A stretch of 64,000 bases of DNA from the human T2T-CHM13v2.0 reference genome, Homo sapiens, in the NCBI RefSeq assembly GCF_009914755.1, contig NC_060929.1; one strand, given 5' to 3'. The notes under the pieces are model-generated. The model did no database searches. It saw only the letters and a program-made list of their open reading frames with translations, and was not told the DNA's origin. Positions 60,705-64,000 of this stretch are shown here, in pieces (position 1 is the first letter of the stretch; every line of letters begins with the position of its first letter). A program made the translations under genes and the position numbers.

Positions 60705-63140
60705 GTAATTACAGATGACTTACCTACCAAGAGCCTGCAAAGTCTTGCTCTGGTGGGAGAAGGGGATAACTAACTCTGCTAGCCTGGAGAGCTGGGCACC
60801 TCCAAGCAGCAGCTCCCAGACTACCACATCAACACTGACATCTCTGGCAGGGGTACTCTGGAGCCCTACCCCATTTCTCCCAAGCCTGGGCCCCTTAACT
60901 CAAAAGGCTCTGTACAAAAAGTCCTCTAATTAGAGTCAGATTGGGAGGAGGCAGCATCCGAGAGGGACTGTGCCCCACAATGTGGGAAAGGCCAACCTCC
61001 AACCCATCTCATAACTATGCCCACAGCTTGCTTAAGACAGAGTAGGTGAAAGTATGTGTACCTGCTGAGTGCCCCTACAAAGTGTCCAGTGCTGCTAAAA
61101 GCCCTCCCAGAAACCCTCAGAATCCAACTGGAATAAGTCTGGAGGTGAACAATGTCAAACCCACTTTTATGAAAAACAAAGTGACATCTTGAGCAGAAAA
61201 CCAATACTGAGTTTTATCTGTGCTGCATCCCCAGAGTTTAGAACAATGTCTGTCCCATACCAGGAACACAACAAAAAATACTTCACCACAGACTTGTTCA
61301 AATTAGGAAACTACAACAATAGAAGATTTTACATTTCTTCTATACAATGAGTTTTTATGGAGTATATTAAAAATGAATACTATATATCAACATGAAGAGA
61401 TCTAAGCATACTGTTAAGTGAGAAAAGTGGGCCCCAATAATATGCACTCTATAATTCCATTTTTGTAAGGAAAAATTAATGTATATGTGTATATAGAGAG
61501 ATGCAAGAAAAGAGTCATACATCTGGCTATATCTTGGTGAAATAATTTCTTTTTATTTTTATGCTTGTTTCTCTAATCTTTCTACAAGAAATTCTATAGC
61601 AATTTTTAAAATTATTTTATCATATGCTTAAAATGTAAAGAAAACAAAGCAGGCCCTTCTCAAACAGACTCCAAACGGGCCCTGCCAGCCCTAGTGTTTG
61701 GACCCCCACAGGAAAGTCCTGCAAAACCTGCCAACATCCCAGCAACAGTGATTCACCCATCAGGCGACTGGCACTGTTTCTAAACACAGGGCAATTCCAA
61801 GACATACAACCAGAGGTCCCACCAAACCTGAACTTTGGAAAAGACATTTACAATCTGGCCAAATGGCCATGAAAAGATGTTTCCAGCTGCAAACCAGCAG
61901 CGTCCTTAGCTTCTCTCCTTACCTCATCAGGCAGAATCTCTGCCAAGCTCCCAGCTGCAACCCAAATGCAACAGCCTGAGTTTTAACAATGTATTTAACA
62001 GCCTAGAGACAGAACATGAGCTTGCTGAGAACAAACTGGTCTTGCTTGGCACTGAACAAGAACCTGCCTGCCTTCTGTGAAGGGGGAAAACCTAACTGGA
62101 CACGGCTCCCCGCTGCCTCCAACTCTAGGATAACAGGGCTGAAAGGACCTGTGTGTTCAGCCTAAGAGGATCCAGAGGCTCCAGGAGACCCTGCCACCAA
62201 AGCACATGGATGTCCATTCAGGCCTATAAGCTGCTGCCACGGCACCCTAGGCAAGTATGGGGGGTACCCTACTCTCCTTAGCCTCAGTCATCACCCTGAT
62301 CTGAGCCACCCCTAACTTCCCCTACAGGCATCCTGGCCCCCACTACACTGGCCTCTCCACATGTCATCTGGCCTTCCTCCCACCTCTGCTCTACAAAGTA
62401 GCCAGCATGGTTTATCAAAGCCCTCCTTTGGCTCTCTACTGCCGTCAAGATAAAGTTCAAACTCTTTAGCCCAAAGGGTCCTTTTGAGTGTGTGACCAGG
62501 CCCTACTGCCCTCTCTAGCCTCATCTCACCATGCCAGGTTTCGTATCTTCAACAACTACTTTATGTGAAAAAATATTCTCCTTCACGAAGAACCTAATAA
62601 AGCCAAGATGTTTATCTGTATCTATCCACATACTTTCTCAGTCTGGTACATGAATAGTGGTTGACTTCCACTTCCCCACCTGGGTACCATCACCACCACA
62701 AAGTCTTGCTTCAGTAACTAGACAATGAAGTAGCAGAGAAGGCTGTTAAAACTGACATGCAAAAGCCAAGTTGGGTTTTCAGTCATAGTCTTGGCAGAGA
62801 CTTGGCAGTCTGGATGAGACTAACCCACAAAAGGGAACTACACTTGAGGATAAAATCCATATACCACTATATTGGATGCATCTTACGTCCCACCTTGCAA
62901 CCTCTTGGTCTCACCCATCTCCCAGGTCCCAGGGTATTTACTTTGCCTCAGCCCAGTGGAGGAGACTATCCAGGCCCACGCCAGAATCTCTGGCTCCTCT
63001 CACTATCTCCAGACTCTGTTGAAGTACCAGACTGGCCTCCCCAGTGGCTACCAAAGGGCCCTCATAGGGTAACCAAGTACATCTCTGTGCAGAGTAGCCA
63101 GCTTGCTAAAACACCACCTCCCATCCTCCTTTATACCTCA

Positions 63141-63438
<298 letters not shown>

Positions 63439-64000
63439 TGCACCTCACTTTTGTTTTCCCTCACCCTGGCTGCCCTGCAATTACACCTTCCAATAAAGCA
63501 TTAAGTACTTAAGCTCTGTCTCAGGCTGTTTCCTGGGAACATAGTCTGAGATAAGCACTATTTGTTTCCAAAAATCTTTCATTTCTACTATCTAATTCTC
63601 ACCCAAACCTTCTAAGCTAGATAACTACCTCCATTTCAGATATAAGATAGATACAAATGACAAACAGCTGAGGCTGAGAGAAGGTTTCCTACATATCTGA
63701 CATCTGACAGCAAATCAATGACAGAACCAAGAGTCAAACCCAAAACACACTCTGCTAGATATTGCAGCTATCCAGTCCTACTCAATAATCTGTTACCTTA
63801 AAGTGCAATGGACTCCCAAACAGGGAAGCCACACTTTGCCCAGGAAGAACATGCCTGCCCAGGTTAAGGACTTTATCATGGGTTACACCAAAGGTTCATA
63901 AAGCAGGTCCATGACACGCCTGGCTGGATCTCACCAGAGGGAGGAACGCAACATGGACCCAGAAAACAGCAACATGGTCCCTTAAGTTCAGATGGGCAGT

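Overview
Human (primate) genomic DNA, recognised as the P4HA2 locus at 5q31. The right half holds all coding exons of prolyl 4-hydroxylase alpha-2 on the minus strand (ATG at 58504, TGA at 32884-32886). The 14 spliced coding exons give 535 aa with exon 12b or 533 aa with the alternative exon 12a; exon 1 lies outside the window. The left half is repeat-dense intergenic DNA: the 3' end of a young L1PA, older L1, L2 and MIR fragments, about 20 Alus, several solo LTRs and hAT DNA transposons. Signals beyond routine annotation: (1) a ~4 kb ancient processed CLASP2 retrocopy filling most of P4HA2 intron 10, antisense to the gene and split by later Alu and LTR insertions; (2) duplicated exons 12a/12b only 49 nt apart; (3) a retroposed 5' fragment of tRNA-Cys(GCA) with a perfect 15-bp target-site duplication; (4) a mirtron-like hairpin (MIR6830) ending at the exon 3 acceptor; (5) unexplained splice-competent exon/intron islands in the intergenic DNA; (6) a consensus-like AluYa5; (7) several non-B DNA-prone tracts. 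I see no prokaryote-style novel system. Gene and repeat family names come from recall, not database searches, and old-repeat boundaries are approximate.
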